Shown here: positions 7,944 to 18,138 of the stretch, one piece after another
Layout: each line of letters starts with the position of its first letter
How positions within the stretch are numbered: position 1 is the stretch's first letter
IMG/VR virus record: IMGVR_UViG_3300025678_000930
DNA: 32,028 nucleotides
Origin: an uncultured virus (IMG/VR IMGVR_UViG_3300025678_000930)
Taxonomy: Duplodnaviria; Heunggongvirae; Uroviricota; Caudoviricetes
Direction: 5' to 3' (one strand)
Program-made: the position numbers and the translations under genes
The notes under the pieces: generated by a model
What the model was told of the DNA's origin: nothing
The model's database searches: none
What the model saw: only the letters and a program-made list of their open reading frames with translations

Positions 7944-9545
7944 ATACGGAAACTCAAGAAATACACACCAACAATATTTAAGGCGGCTGATTCGGTCTAT
8001 GATAAGTCTTATGCAGATTATGCCGTGTCCTTTATAGAGGCTTTATCTCATACCAAAGGTACATGGGCGGGGAAACCTTTTGAACTAATAGATTGGCAAG
8101 AGAAGATCATCCGTGATGTATTTGGGATTATTAAGCCAAATGGCTATCGGCAGTTCAATACTGCTTATGTAGAAATACCAAAGAAGATGGGAAAAAGTGA
8201 GCTTGCGGCGGCTGTTGCCCTGTTGCTCACCTGTGGAGATAACGAGGAACGAGCTGAGGTTTATGGCTGTGCTGCCGACCGCAATCAGGCATCCATAGTA
8301 TTTAATGTTGCGGCGGACATGGTGCGAATGAGTCCGGCTTTATCTAAACGAGTTAAGATCCTAGATTCCACAAAGAGGCTCATCTATCAACCTACAGGCA
8401 GTATTTATCAAGTACTGTCAGCCGATGTCAGCAACAAGCATGGTTTCAACACTCATGGTGTGGTGTTTGATGAACTGCATACCCAACCGAATAGAAAACT
8501 CTACGATGTTATGACCAAAGGCAGTGGTGATGCAAGAATGCAGCCGCTGTATTTCCTTATAACCACTGCAGGAGACAATCAGAACAGCATCTGTTGGGAA
8601 GTACACCAGAAGGCACTAGATATCATAAATGGCAGAAAGAAAGACCCCACTTTCTATCCAGTTATATACGGAGCTGCCGTTGAGGATGACTGGACTGACC
8701 CAAAGATATGGAAGAAAGCGAATCCATCACTCGGCATTACAGTCAGTATGGATAAGGTCAAAGCAGCCTTTGAATCAGCAAGGCAGAATCCTGCTGAAGA
8801 GAACAGTTTTAGGCAGCTTCGTCTTAACCAATGGGTCAAACAGGCAGTACGCTGGATGCCTATGGAAAAATGGGATGCCTGTGCATTTGCTGTTGATCCC
8901 GAATCACTTCGAGGACGAATCTGCTACGGGGGACTTGACCTCTCCAGCAGTACAGATATTACGGCTTTTGTGCTGGTCTTTCCTCCAATAGATGAAGATG
9001 ATAAATATGTTGTTCTTCCATTCTTCTGGATACCGGAGGACAATATTGATTTGCGTGTCCGGCGGGATCATGTTAATTACGATGTATGGAAGAAGCAAGG
9101 ATTTCTTAAAACTACAGAAGGCAATGTAGTGCATTACGGATTCATTGAAACCTTCATTGAAGAACTTGGAACAAAATATAACATCCGCGAGATTGCTTTT
9201 GACCGCTGGGGTGCTGTGCAAATGACCCAGAATCTAGAGAACCTTGGTTTTACAGTTGTTCCTTTCGGTCAAGGATTTAAAGATATGTCTCCACCAACCA
9301 AAGAATTGATGAAACTGACATTGGAACAGAAAATTGCTCATGGTGGGCATCCGATTCTTCGCTGGATGATGGATAACATCTATATTCGAACAGATCCTGC
9401 CGGAAACATCAAAGCAGACAAGGAAAAGTCAACCGAGAAGATTGACGGTGCAGTAGCAACCATCATGGCTCTTGATAGAGCGATAAGGTGTGGTGGAGGA
9501 ACAGGTTCATCGGTTTATGATGATAGGGGTCTGCTTATTTTTTAG
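7944..9545 (+). CDS. terL: Terminase large subunit (start uncertain, probably ATA at 7944)
   Basis: Walker A IPKKMGKSEL, Walker B VVFDELH, ITTAG, nuclease GGLDLSSSTD and KIDGAVA; AGGAGG at 7930-7935. Confidence 0.95.
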   Translation: MRKLKKYTPTIFKAADSVYDKSYADYAVSFIEALSHTKGTWAGKPFELIDWQEKIIRDVFGIIKPNGYRQFNTAYVEIPKKMGKSELAAAVALLLTCGDNEERAEVYGCAADRNQASIVFNVAADMVRMSPALSKRVKILDSTKRLIYQPTGSIYQVLSADVSNKHGFNTHGVVFDELHTQPNRKLYDVMTKGSGDARMQPLYFLITTAGDNQNSICWEVHQKALDIINGRKKDPTFYPVIYGAAVEDDWTDPKIWKKANPSLGITVSMDKVKAAFESARQNPAEENSFRQLRLNQWVKQAVRWMPMEKWDACAFAVDPESLRGRICYGGLDLSSSTDITAFVLVFPPIDEDDKYVVLPFFWIPEDNIDLRVRRDHVNYDVWKKQGFLKTTEGNVVHYGFIETFIEELGTKYNIREIAFDRWGAVQMTQNLENLGFTVVPFGQGFKDMSPPTKELMKLTLEQKIAHGGHPILRWMMDNIYIRTDPAGNIKADKEKSTEKIDGAVATIMALDRAIRCGGGTGSSVYDDRGLLIF

Positions 9546-9563
9546 TAAAGGAGAGTGATGTCT

Positions 9564-10820
9564 ATGGGAATTTTACAAGGAATATTTAAAGCTCGAGATA
9601 AACCTAAGGATAGTCTGGTCGGCAGTCATTACAGTTTCTTCTTCGGAGGCACAACTGCCGGAAAACCTGTCAATGAACACACGGCCATGCAAATGACGGC
9701 AGTTTACTCATGTGTGAGGATACTGGCTGAAACATTAGCTGGACTTCCACTTCATGTCTACAAATACAACGATAGCGGTGGAAAAGAGAAATATTTAAAA
9801 CATCCTTTATATAAACTGCTCCACGATGAGCCAAACCCTGAGATGACTTCCTTCACGTTCCGAGAAACGCTGATGAGTCATCTTTTATTATGGGGCAATG
9901 CTTACGCACAGATTATCCGCAATGCCCGTGGTGAGGTTATTGCTCTTTATCCTCTTATGCCAAACAAAATGACAGTCGACCGAGATAAAAACGGCCGACT
10001 TTTTTATTTGTATCAGCGAAGTATGGAGGACGCACCTACCCTCGGAAAAGACACAATGGTTTATCTGGGTCCGTCCGATGTGCTCCATATTCCTGGTTTG
10101 GGTTTTGATGGACTGGTGGGTTATTCGCCAATTGCAATGGCCAAGAATGCTATAGGATTGGCTATGGCTACAGAGGAATACGGAGCGAAGTTCTTTGCTA
10201 ATGGAGCGGCTCCTGGCGGAGTGCTGGAACACCCCGGCACAATCAAGGATCCTCAAAAGGTAAAAGACAGCTGGAATGCCGCCTATCAAGGTTCAGCCAA
10301 TTCTCATAGAGTGGCTGTTCTTGAAGAAGGCATGAAGTATCAGCAGATAGGCATCCCACCTGAACAGGCACAGTTCCTGGAAACACGTAAATTTCAGATT
10401 AATGAAATCGCCCGTATTTTTAGAATACCGCCCCATATGCTTGCTGACCTGGAGAAATCATCTTTTTCCAACATAGAGCAGCAGTCCTTGGAATTTGTGA
10501 AATACACGCTTGACCCTTGGGTAGTCCGCTGGGAACAGACAATGTGCCGTTCTCTTCTCATGGAAAGTGAAAAGCCTACTGTATTCATCAAATTTAATGT
10601 GGATGGTCTGTTACGTGGTGATTATGCAAGCCGTATGAGTGGTTATGCAACTGCCAGACAGAATGGATGGATGAGCGCCAATGACATCCGGGAACTTGAG
10701 AACCTCGACCGAATACCAGTGGAACTTGGCGGTGATTTATATCTCATTAATGGAGCCATGACCAAATTACAGGACGCAGGTGCGTTCGCAAATACTACAG
10801 AAAGGAAGGAAACCCAATGA
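9564..10820 (+). CDS. Portal protein (HK97 family)
   Basis: AVYSCVRILAETLAGLPL, LLLWGNAYA, GFDGLVGYSPI, EIARIFRIPP, SSFSNIEQQ; alternative starts at 9555/9558. Confidence 0.95.
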   Translation: MGILQGIFKARDKPKDSLVGSHYSFFFGGTTAGKPVNEHTAMQMTAVYSCVRILAETLAGLPLHVYKYNDSGGKEKYLKHPLYKLLHDEPNPEMTSFTFRETLMSHLLLWGNAYAQIIRNARGEVIALYPLMPNKMTVDRDKNGRLFYLYQRSMEDAPTLGKDTMVYLGPSDVLHIPGLGFDGLVGYSPIAMAKNAIGLAMATEEYGAKFFANGAAPGGVLEHPGTIKDPQKVKDSWNAAYQGSANSHRVAVLEEGMKYQQIGIPPEQAQFLETRKFQINEIARIFRIPPHMLADLEKSSFSNIEQQSLEFVKYTLDPWVVRWEQTMCRSLLMESEKPTVFIKFNVDGLLRGDYASRMSGYATARQNGWMSANDIRELENLDRIPVELGGDLYLINGAMTKLQDAGAFANTTERKETQ

Positions 10821-11515
10821 AGAAATTTTGGAACTGGGTGAAGGATGAAAAATCCGACACCCGAACGCTCTACCTCGACGGCGTGATTGCCGAGGAATCA
10901 TGGTTTGATGACGATGTCACCCCTAAGGCGTTCAAAGCAGATTTGATTGCCGGAGAGGGTGACATTGTTATTTGGCTGAACTCGCCGGGTGGTGATTGCA
11001 TCGCAGCAAGCCAGATTTACACCATGCTTATGGACTACAAAGGCAAAGTGACCATCAAAATTGACGGTATCGCAGCGTCTGCTGCTTCCGTTATTGCTAT
11101 GGCGGGGACAACCGTGCTGATGGCTCCAACTGCACTGATGATGGTGCATAACCCATTGACCGTAGCCATCGGTGATAGCGAGGAAATGCAAAAGGCCATA
11201 GATATGCTCTCAGAGGTAAAAGAAAGCATCATCAATGCGTATGAAATCAAAACAGGCTTATCAAGAGCCAAGCTTTCCCACCTCATGGATGCAGAAACCT
11301 GGCTCAATGCCAATAAAGCAATTGAACTCGGCTTTGCAGATGAAATATTGGAGGATGAGAAAAAGCATAACCATCAAGATGATTTCACCTATGCCTTTAG
11401 TCGTAGGGCAGTGACAAATTCACTGCTTGATAAAGTATGTCCCAAGAAAGCATCTGCTAAAAAAGGTACACCCGTTGATTCGCTGGAAAAGCGACTCAAC
11501 AACATCATTCATTAA
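10817..11515 (+). CDS. Prohead maturation protease, ClpP-like
   Basis: LNSPGGD, IDGIAASAASVIAMAG, MMVHNP, ETWLNA.KAIELGFAD. Confidence 0.93.
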   Translation: MKKFWNWVKDEKSDTRTLYLDGVIAEESWFDDDVTPKAFKADLIAGEGDIVIWLNSPGGDCIAASQIYTMLMDYKGKVTIKIDGIAASAASVIAMAGTTVLMAPTALMMVHNPLTVAIGDSEEMQKAIDMLSEVKESIINAYEIKTGLSRAKLSHLMDAETWLNANKAIELGFADEILEDEKKHNHQDDFTYAFSRRAVTNSLLDKVCPKKASAKKGTPVDSLEKRLNNIIH

Positions 11516-11530
11516 TAGGAGGAAAAGAAT

Positions 11531-12739
11531 ATGAACAAGATTTTAGAACTGCGTGAGAAACGCGCCAAAGCATGGGATGCTACCAAAGCGTTCTTAGATA
11601 CTAAGCGTGGTACAGATGGATTGATTTCAGCTGAGGATGAAGCCACCTATAACAAAATGGAAGCGGATGTTATCGCCCTAGGTAAGGAAATAGACCGCTT
11701 GGAAAAACAGGCCATATTGGATGCGGAACTTAACGCTCCTACGGCTAATCCGTTGACAGGAAAGCCTACCACATCAAAAATGGACACTAAAATGGGAAGG
11801 GCTTCTGATGAATACAAAAATGCATTCTGGAATGCCATGCGTACTCGCGCTGGCGAAGGTCTCGACACAAGCGTAAGAAACGCTCTTCAAATTGGTACAG
11901 ATTCCGAAGGTGGATATTTAGTGCCTGATGAGTTTGAGAGAACTCTTGTAGAAGCTTTAAAGGAAGAGAATATCTTCAGAAGACTAGCTAATGTCATTAC
12001 CACAGCATCCGGTGATAGGAAAATACCGGTGGTAGCGTCAAAGGGTACAGCCTCATGGATAGATGAAGAAGGAGCAATCCCTGAAAGTGATGACAGCTTT
12101 GGTCAAGTATCCATTGGTGCGTATAAGCTGGGGACTATGATCAAAGTTTCTGAGGAACTTTTGAACGATAGTGTATTTAGACTTGAACCATATATTTCAA
12201 CTGAATTTGCAAGACGTATTGGTAATAAGGAAGAGGAAGCCTTCTTCACTGGCGATGGTTCCGGTAAACCAACTGGTATCCTAGCAGCCACAGGAGGAGC
12301 ACAACTTGGTGTGACTACAGCAGGTAGCACAGCTATTACTCTTGATGAAGTGCTTGATCTGTTCTATTCGTTAAAAGCACCTTATCGTAATAAGTCTGTG
12401 TTCATCATGAATGACTCAACCGTAAAGGCGATTCGTAAGCTGAAAGACGGTCAAGGTCAGTACCTATGGCAGCCATCTATACAGGCTGGAACTCCAGATA
12501 CGATTCTTAACCGTCCGCTATATACATCTTCCTACGTGCCTGCTATTGAAGCTGGAGCAAAGACAATAGCATTCGGTGATTTCAGTTATTACTGGGTAGC
12601 CGATCGTCAAGGTCGTGTATTTAAGAGACTTAATGAACTCTTTGCAGTGACAGGACAGGTAGGCTTTGTAGCTACTCAGCGTGTAGATGGGAAACTGATT
12701 CTGCCTGAAGCCATTAAGGTACTTCAGCAGAAAGCCTAA
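11531..12739 (+). CDS. Major capsid protein (HK97 fold)
   Basis: Coiled-coil N-terminal delta domain, GGYLVPDEF, GDGSGKPTGI, KLKDGQGQYLWQP, FGDFSYY, RVDGKL. Confidence 0.95.
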   Translation: MNKILELREKRAKAWDATKAFLDTKRGTDGLISAEDEATYNKMEADVIALGKEIDRLEKQAILDAELNAPTANPLTGKPTTSKMDTKMGRASDEYKNAFWNAMRTRAGEGLDTSVRNALQIGTDSEGGYLVPDEFERTLVEALKEENIFRRLANVITTASGDRKIPVVASKGTASWIDEEGAIPESDDSFGQVSIGAYKLGTMIKVSEELLNDSVFRLEPYISTEFARRIGNKEEEAFFTGDGSGKPTGILAATGGAQLGVTTAGSTAITLDEVLDLFYSLKAPYRNKSVFIMNDSTVKAIRKLKDGQGQYLWQPSIQAGTPDTILNRPLYTSSYVPAIEAGAKTIAFGDFSYYWVADRQGRVFKRLNELFAVTGQVGFVATQRVDGKLILPEAIKVLQQKA

Positions 12740-12751
12740 CGGAGGTGGATT

Positions 12752-12970
12752 ATGAGTTACAACACAAAGAATTACACCGAACAAGGCGGCGATAAAACCG
12801 TTATTGGTGGTACTTTAGAGATTAAGCAAGGAGCCTCGGTGACGGGGCTTCCAATGCTTGAAAATCAGTTAGAAAGTACAGCAACGGATGTACCAGGACT
12901 TCTCGCCGATTTTAATGCTTTACTTACCAAGTTAAAAGCTGCAGGGATTATGACGGCAGATACACCTTAA
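12752..12970 (+). CDS. Head fiber/decoration protein
   Basis: MSYNTKNYTEQGG...STATDV..L..DFNALLTKLKAAG pattern; immediately after the capsid gene. Confidence 0.7.
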   Translation: MSYNTKNYTEQGGDKTVIGGTLEIKQGASVTGLPMLENQLESTATDVPGLLADFNALLTKLKAAGIMTADTP

Positions 12971-12988
12971 TGAAAGGACGGTGGTGGA

Positions 12989-13297
12989 ATGATACTACTT
13001 GAAAAAGTCAAAGCAAACCTTATTCTCGAGCATAGCGCTGACGACGAACTCCTGCAGATGTACACCACTGCCGCCATAAAGTATGCTGAGAGCTATCAAC
13101 ATCTGCCAGAGGATTTCTATACTCTAAACCTAATGCCACCTACTACCGAGCAGGCTGTAATTATGCTCACATCCCATTTCTATGAATCAAGGGATGGCAG
13201 CACCGGCGGTTTCTTCTCTGATAATGTGCAAGCTGGTCAGCAGGTGTGGAATACAGTCAACCTTCTACTAAGGCTTGACCGGGATTGGAAGGTGTAG
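12989..13297 (+). CDS. Head-tail connector (gp6-like)
   Basis: LEKVKANL.LEH..DDELL, QAVIMLTSHFYESRD; position. Confidence 0.85.
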   Translation: MILLEKVKANLILEHSADDELLQMYTTAAIKYAESYQHLPEDFYTLNLMPPTTEQAVIMLTSHFYESRDGSTGGFFSDNVQAGQQVWNTVNLLLRLDRDWKV

Positions 13298-13300
13298 AGC

Positions 13301-13633
13301 ATGAGCTTTGGTAAAATGAACACCTTTATTGACATCATTGAGAAAGTAAACATAAAGGACAGTGAAGGGTTTTCGATAGAAACTGACAACATACTGGCTT
13401 CGGTTAGGGCATACAGGGAAGGTCGGCATGGCAATGAGAAATGGGCGAATAGAGCCACATTCTCTGAAGCCACCGACCTTTTCCGTTTTCGCTTTATACC
13501 GGATGTCACAGTGACAACCGCAATGGTCATTGTCTGTGAGGACGGACATTTTGAAATCACCTCAGTAGAAGATGTCAAAGGAAGAAGAATGTATACTGAG
13601 GTGTTTGCCAAGGAGGTGAGGCCTGGTGGCTAA
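13301..13633 (+). CDS. Head-tail adaptor / head closure protein (SPP1 gp16-like)
   Basis: MSFGKMN..I.I, FRFRFIP, FEITSVEDVKGR; position. Confidence 0.8.
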   Translation: MSFGKMNTFIDIIEKVNIKDSEGFSIETDNILASVRAYREGRHGNEKWANRATFSEATDLFRFRFIPDVTVTTAMVIVCEDGHFEITSVEDVKGRRMYTEVFAKEVRPGG

Positions 13634-14057
13634 GGCAACTATGAATATACCAGAGGAGTTTCTCCTTAAAATATCACGGCTTGCTGAAAAGACAGACGAA
13701 ATAATACCACGTGTCCTTGAAGCCGGCGGCGAAGTTGTGGAAGCTAAGGTTAGATCTAATTTGCAGGCTGTTATCGGAAGAAGTACACAGGAAGAAAGCC
13801 ACTCTACAGGAGAACTTGTTTCTGCACTTGGTGTGTCCTCTGCAAAACAGGATAGGGACGGCAACTTCAATGTCAAAGTAGGCTTTACTGAGCCTCGCTC
13901 GGATGGCAAAAGCAATGCCATGATTGCAGGCGTGCTTGAATACGGTAAAAGTGGTCAGCCGCCTAAACCATTCTTAAAACCTGCTAAATCGGCAAGCAAA
14001 AAGTCCTGCATCGAAGCAATGAAGGCGAAACTGGAAAGCGAGGTGAACGGCATATGA
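13626..14057 (+). CDS. HK97 gp10-like tail completion protein
   Basis: STGEL..AL, LEYGKSGQPPKPFLKPA motif. Confidence 0.85.
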   Translation: MAKATMNIPEEFLLKISRLAEKTDEIIPRVLEAGGEVVEAKVRSNLQAVIGRSTQEESHSTGELVSALGVSSAKQDRDGNFNVKVGFTEPRSDGKSNAMIAGVLEYGKSGQPPKPFLKPAKSASKKSCIEAMKAKLESEVNGI

Positions 14058-14395
14058 GCCTGCTATCCGAATTGACTGTGATCTTTGAAAGTTTGAGCAT
14101 TCCTGTTGAAACAGGTGTATTCTCAGACATTGCTTCGAATCAATATGCTGTGTTCACACCTCTTGCTGACACATTTGAATTGTTCGCAGATAACCTTCCG
14201 GGCACAGATATACAAGAAGTACGCATATCACTGTTTGATAAAGGCAACTACCTTAGTACAAAAAATGCTATCGTCCGTGCCTTGCTTTCAGTGGATATTA
14301 CAATAACAGACCGCCGGTATATTGGTCATGAGGACGATACCGGCTACCATCATTACGCTATAGACATAGCGAAACTTTATGAACTGGAGGAATAA
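14054..14395 (+). CDS. Putative tail terminator protein
   Basis: Size and position before the major tail gene; C-terminal HEDDTGYHHYAID. Confidence 0.65.
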   Translation: MSLLSELTVIFESLSIPVETGVFSDIASNQYAVFTPLADTFELFADNLPGTDIQEVRISLFDKGNYLSTKNAIVRALLSVDITITDRRYIGHEDDTGYHHYAIDIAKLYELEE

Positions 14396-14398
14396 CAA

Positions 14399-14989
14399 AT
14401 GGCTACAATTGGTCTTGATAAACTATATTATGCAAAAATCACGGAGGGTGAAAACGGTGAAGAAACCTATGGAACTCCCATTTCACTTGCAAAGGCAATG
14501 AAAGCTGATTTGTCAGTGGAACTTGCAGAAGCCACTCTTTATGCAGACGATGGGCCTGCTGCAGTGGTAAAAGAATTCAAATCAGGAACGCTGTCACTTG
14601 GTATCGATGATATTGGCACAGCCGCAGCTGAAGATTTGACCGGAGCAAAACTTGATGACAACCATGTGGTGATATCGGGCAGTGAAGATGGCGGCATTCC
14701 TGTTGCAGTCGGTTTTCGTGCCAAGAAAGCTAACGGGAAATACCGCTACTTCTGGCTTTACCGTGTGGTTTTCGGAATCCCAGCTACCAATCTGCAGACC
14801 AAGGGTGACAGCATTACCTTCTCTACACCGACTATCGAGGGTACAGTGTTCCGCCGAAATAAAATCGATGGCAATGGAAAACATCCCTGGAAGGCAGAGG
14901 TTAATGAGGATGATGCAACAGTTCCGGCATCTGTAATTACAGGCTGGTATACGCAGGTTTATGAGCCTGTGTTTGCTGTTACACCTTAA
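14399..14989 (+). CDS. Major tail (tube) protein, phi13 family
   Basis: MATIGLDKLYYA, LYADDG, VAVGFRAKK.NGKYRYFWL, TKGDSITFSTPTIEG. Confidence 0.9.
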   Translation: MATIGLDKLYYAKITEGENGEETYGTPISLAKAMKADLSVELAEATLYADDGPAAVVKEFKSGTLSLGIDDIGTAAAEDLTGAKLDDNHVVISGSEDGGIPVAVGFRAKKANGKYRYFWLYRVVFGIPATNLQTKGDSITFSTPTIEGTVFRRNKIDGNGKHPWKAEVNEDDATVPASVITGWYTQVYEPVFAVTP

Positions 14990-15003
14990 CGGAGGTATAG
15001 ATA

Positions 15004-15390
15004 ATGGATAATGAAAGAAGTTCAGAAATAACAATCGGTGGACAGAAATATGAAATGCTTCTAACCACCAAGGCCACCAAAGAGATCGCCAAGAGATATG
15101 GCGGTCTTTCTAACTTGGGCGAAAAATTGATGAAGTCAGAGAACTTTGAAATGGCTCTCGATGAAATCATCTGGCTCATCACCTTGCTTGCTAATCAATC
15201 GGTGCTGGTGCATAACCTGCAAAATCCTTCAGAAAAGCGAGAACTTCTTACTGAGGATGTGGTAGAACTTCTAACCTCTCCACTTGAACTGGCAGATTAC
15301 AAAAACAGCATTATGGAAGCGATGCTTAAAGGTACAAAACGAAATGTTGAAAGTGCGGATGAACCCTCAAAAAACGTGTCGGTCGGGTAA
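15004..15390 (+). CDS. Tail assembly chaperone (gpG-like)
   Basis: Lies between the major tail and tape measure genes; ends with slippery A AAA AAC. Confidence 0.8.
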   Translation: MDNERSSEITIGGQKYEMLLTTKATKEIAKRYGGLSNLGEKLMKSENFEMALDEIIWLITLLANQSVLVHNLQNPSEKRELLTEDVVELLTSPLELADYKNSIMEAMLKGTKRNVESADEPSKNVSVG

Positions 15391-15578
15391 GCGATGAAGA
15401 GTTGTTTGCCCGACTGATTTTTTATGGAACAACCTTACTCGGACGGGCGGAGCGTGATGTTTGGCTCATGCCAATCGGACATTTGCTCGATCAGTGGGAG
15501 GTATATAAACAGTTTAACGGACTTGCAAAAGCAAAACGTGAGTATTACATCGATGAAATCATTCCAAACGGAATCTAA
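15375..15578 (+). CDS. Tail assembly chaperone gpT-like segment reached by -1 frameshift (not in the ORF track)
   Basis: The -1 frame is open from the slippery site: RVGRVSDEELFARLIFYG...VWLMPIGHLLDQWEVYKQFNG...IDEIIPNGI*; fills the gap to the tape-measure RBS. Confidence 0.75.
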   Translation, partial: RVGRVSDEELFARLIFYGTTLLGRAERDVWLMPIGHLLDQWEVYKQFNGLAKAKREYYIDEIIPNGI

Positions 15579-15592
15579 GGAGGTGATGAGAT

Positions 15593-17770
15593 ATGGCGGA
15601 TAATTTTGGCTTAAAGATTGGCATTGAGGGCGAAAAAGAATTCAAGAAAGCTCTTTCTGATATTAATCAATCATTCAAAGTGCTAGGAAGCGAGATGAAA
15701 CTTGTATCTTCGGAATTTGATAAAAATGATAAAAGTGTTCAGGCTATGGCTGCCAGAAACGAAATTCTGAACAAGTCAATCGATGCACAGAAAGATAAAA
15801 TATCCACGCTCGAATCCGCCTTGAAGAATGCCTCCGAGAGTTTCGGCGAAAATGACCGCCGTACCCAAAATTGGGCTATTCAGCTGAATAATGCAAAGGC
15901 TGAACTTAATGGCATGGAACGAGAACTGGAGCAGTCTGCTGAAAGTGCAGATGAACTAGGGGATGAGTTGAAAGAAGCAGGCAATGACGCTGAGAATTCC
16001 GGTGGGAAGTTTGAAAAACTAGGTGGCATTCTCAAGGGTGTCGGTGCAGCGATGGGTGCTGCAACTGTTGCCGCAGGAGCTGCAGCCTTCAAACTGGGCA
16101 AAGAGGTCATTGAGCAATTCGGTGAACTGGAACAGAACTTGGGTGGCTCAGAAGCGGTTTTTGGAAAATACGCTGATTCCATCCAAAAGACCGGTGAAGA
16201 AGCGTACAAAAACCTTGGACTCTCCCAAAGTGACTACTTGGCAACCGCCAATAAGATGGGCGCTCTGTTCCAAGGCTCCGGTATCGAACAGCAGAAGTCG
16301 CTTGAACTGACCGAGAAAGCAATGCAACGAGCCGCCGACATGGCATCTGTCATGGGAATTGATATGTCCATGGCGATGGAAGCAGTCACAGGTGCAGCAA
16401 AAGGCAATTTTACTATGATGGATAACCTGGGTGTAGCTATGAATGCCACAAACATCGAGGCTTACGCACTAGCTAAGGGATTGGATTTTACTTGGAATAG
16501 TGCAACACAGGCAGAAAAAGCGGAAGTTGCTATGCAAATGTTCTTTGAGAACACCCAGCAGTATGCCGGAAACTTCGCTAGGGAGTCCACAGAAACCATT
16601 GCGGGTTCCATTGGACTATTCCAAGCAGCCCTTGGCTCTTTTACAGCAGGTCTTGGTAATGCCAATGCTGACATGACGAACTTAACTGGAAATCTTGTCG
16701 ATGCTTTTCAAGCAGTGGTCAAAAATATTGTACCTGTAATAGAAAACATAGTGGCTGCATTACCTGCGGCAATGGATGCCATTTTATCGGCAATCGCTGA
16801 GTTGTTGCCTACACTTCTTGAAACCGTCACGGAATTGTTTACACAGGTGCTTAATACCATCCTTACTCTTTTACCTGAACTTATCCCCGCGGCGGTAGAT
16901 GCTGTTATGACAATTGTGGGAGCTCTCATAGACAACCTTCCTCTTCTCATTGATGCTGCGGTGCAATTGATAACAGCGCTTGTAGAAGGTATCGGATTGG
17001 CACTACCGGAACTAATTCCCGCTGCGATTGAGGCAATTATAACCATCGTGCAGGGGTTACTTAATAGCATGGATAAAATCCTCGAAGCGGCATTTGCCAT
17101 CATAAAAGGTCTAGCTGAAGGCATATTGAACGCCCTTCCTGAATTAATAGAAGCTTTACCTCAAATCATTACGAGCATTATCAACTTCATAACCGACAAT
17201 CTGCCTGCCATTATTGCTATGGGTGTTGACCTCACCGTTCAGCTTGCCGTGGGTCTGATTAAAGCAATACCTCAACTTGTAGCGGCCATTCCGCAGATTA
17301 TTTCTGCAATCGTGGGAGGACTTGGTAAAGCAGTTGGTGCTGTCTTTGAAATCGGTAAAAACATCGTTACTGGATTATGGGAAGGTATTAAATCTCTCGG
17401 TTCGTGGATTACCGATAAGGTGAGTGGGTTCTTTTCCGGCATTACGAACAGTGTAAAAGGAATGCTTGGAATCAAGTCTCCCTCCTTGGTATTTGCAGGA
17501 ATCGGTGAAAATATGGGACTTGGTATCGGAGTCGGGTTTGACCATGTTATGGATAAAGTTGCAAGAGATATGCAGTCCTCTATCCCTACTGATTTTGATG
17601 TAGATTCAAACCTAAACATGAATGGTGGTATCAGCGGAATTGAACAGAATGCAAAATCCGTTGTTGAACATACAGGAATTATTGAAGTTAGGGGAGTGAA
17701 CAGCAAGAATGAACTCACCGGAGTAGTGGAAATCATAATGGACCAATTCAGAAGGGAGGCGAGAATCTGA
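15593..17770 (+). CDS. Tape measure protein
   Basis: MADNFGLKIGIEGEKEFK, coiled coil, Ala/Ile/Leu-rich quasi-repeats (LPELIPAA), LGIKSPSLVF. Confidence 0.92.
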   Translation: MADNFGLKIGIEGEKEFKKALSDINQSFKVLGSEMKLVSSEFDKNDKSVQAMAARNEILNKSIDAQKDKISTLESALKNASESFGENDRRTQNWAIQLNNAKAELNGMERELEQSAESADELGDELKEAGNDAENSGGKFEKLGGILKGVGAAMGAATVAAGAAAFKLGKEVIEQFGELEQNLGGSEAVFGKYADSIQKTGEEAYKNLGLSQSDYLATANKMGALFQGSGIEQQKSLELTEKAMQRAADMASVMGIDMSMAMEAVTGAAKGNFTMMDNLGVAMNATNIEAYALAKGLDFTWNSATQAEKAEVAMQMFFENTQQYAGNFARESTETIAGSIGLFQAALGSFTAGLGNANADMTNLTGNLVDAFQAVVKNIVPVIENIVAALPAAMDAILSAIAELLPTLLETVTELFTQVLNTILTLLPELIPAAVDAVMTIVGALIDNLPLLIDAAVQLITALVEGIGLALPELIPAAIEAIITIVQGLLNSMDKILEAAFAIIKGLAEGILNALPELIEALPQIITSIINFITDNLPAIIAMGVDLTVQLAVGLIKAIPQLVAAIPQIISAIVGGLGKAVGAVFEIGKNIVTGLWEGIKSLGSWITDKVSGFFSGITNSVKGMLGIKSPSLVFAGIGENMGLGIGVGFDHVMDKVARDMQSSIPTDFDVDSNLNMNGGISGIEQNAKSVVEHTGIIEVRGVNSKNELTGVVEIIMDQFRREARI

Positions 17771-18138
17771 TGATAAGACTTGAAACATCCACAGGTACTG
17801 TGCTTTCTAAGATCCTCAAAGAAGTCTCCCCAATAGAATATTCATCAAATAAACAAGTGAACAGGCTGCTGGATGGAAGCTATCATGTACAGATTATCGG
17901 CAGTCCTCTCAGAAGGATGGAAGGTGTCATCATATCAACTTTCAATCAAGCAGAAATGTTAAATAGCCTTGTTGATCAAGGCACCTCGCTGGTACTAATC
18001 TTTCTCGGTAAGAAGTATTTAGTGTTTATTGATGAAGGCATTGCATGGAAACGTATAAACTTTGCTCATGGCGATAAGGACAGAAGTCTTTTTGAAGGAA
18101 AGGTTATCATGATCATCAAGGAGGAGGTGGTGCTGTGA
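17770..18138 (+). CDS. Putative distal tail (Dit-like) / tail-tip protein
   Basis: Directly coupled to the tape measure stop; assignment is positional only. Confidence 0.5.
   Translation: MIRLETSTGTVLSKILKEVSPIEYSSNKQVNRLLDGSYHVQIIGSPLRRMEGVIISTFNQAEMLNSLVDQGTSLVLIFLGKKYLVFIDEGIAWKRINFAHGDKDRSLFEGKVIMIIKEEVVL

Noticed and set aside
16730..17340. Quasi-repeats such as LPELIPAA in the tape measure gene
   Set aside because: Ordinary tape-measure periodicity, not a separate repeat element
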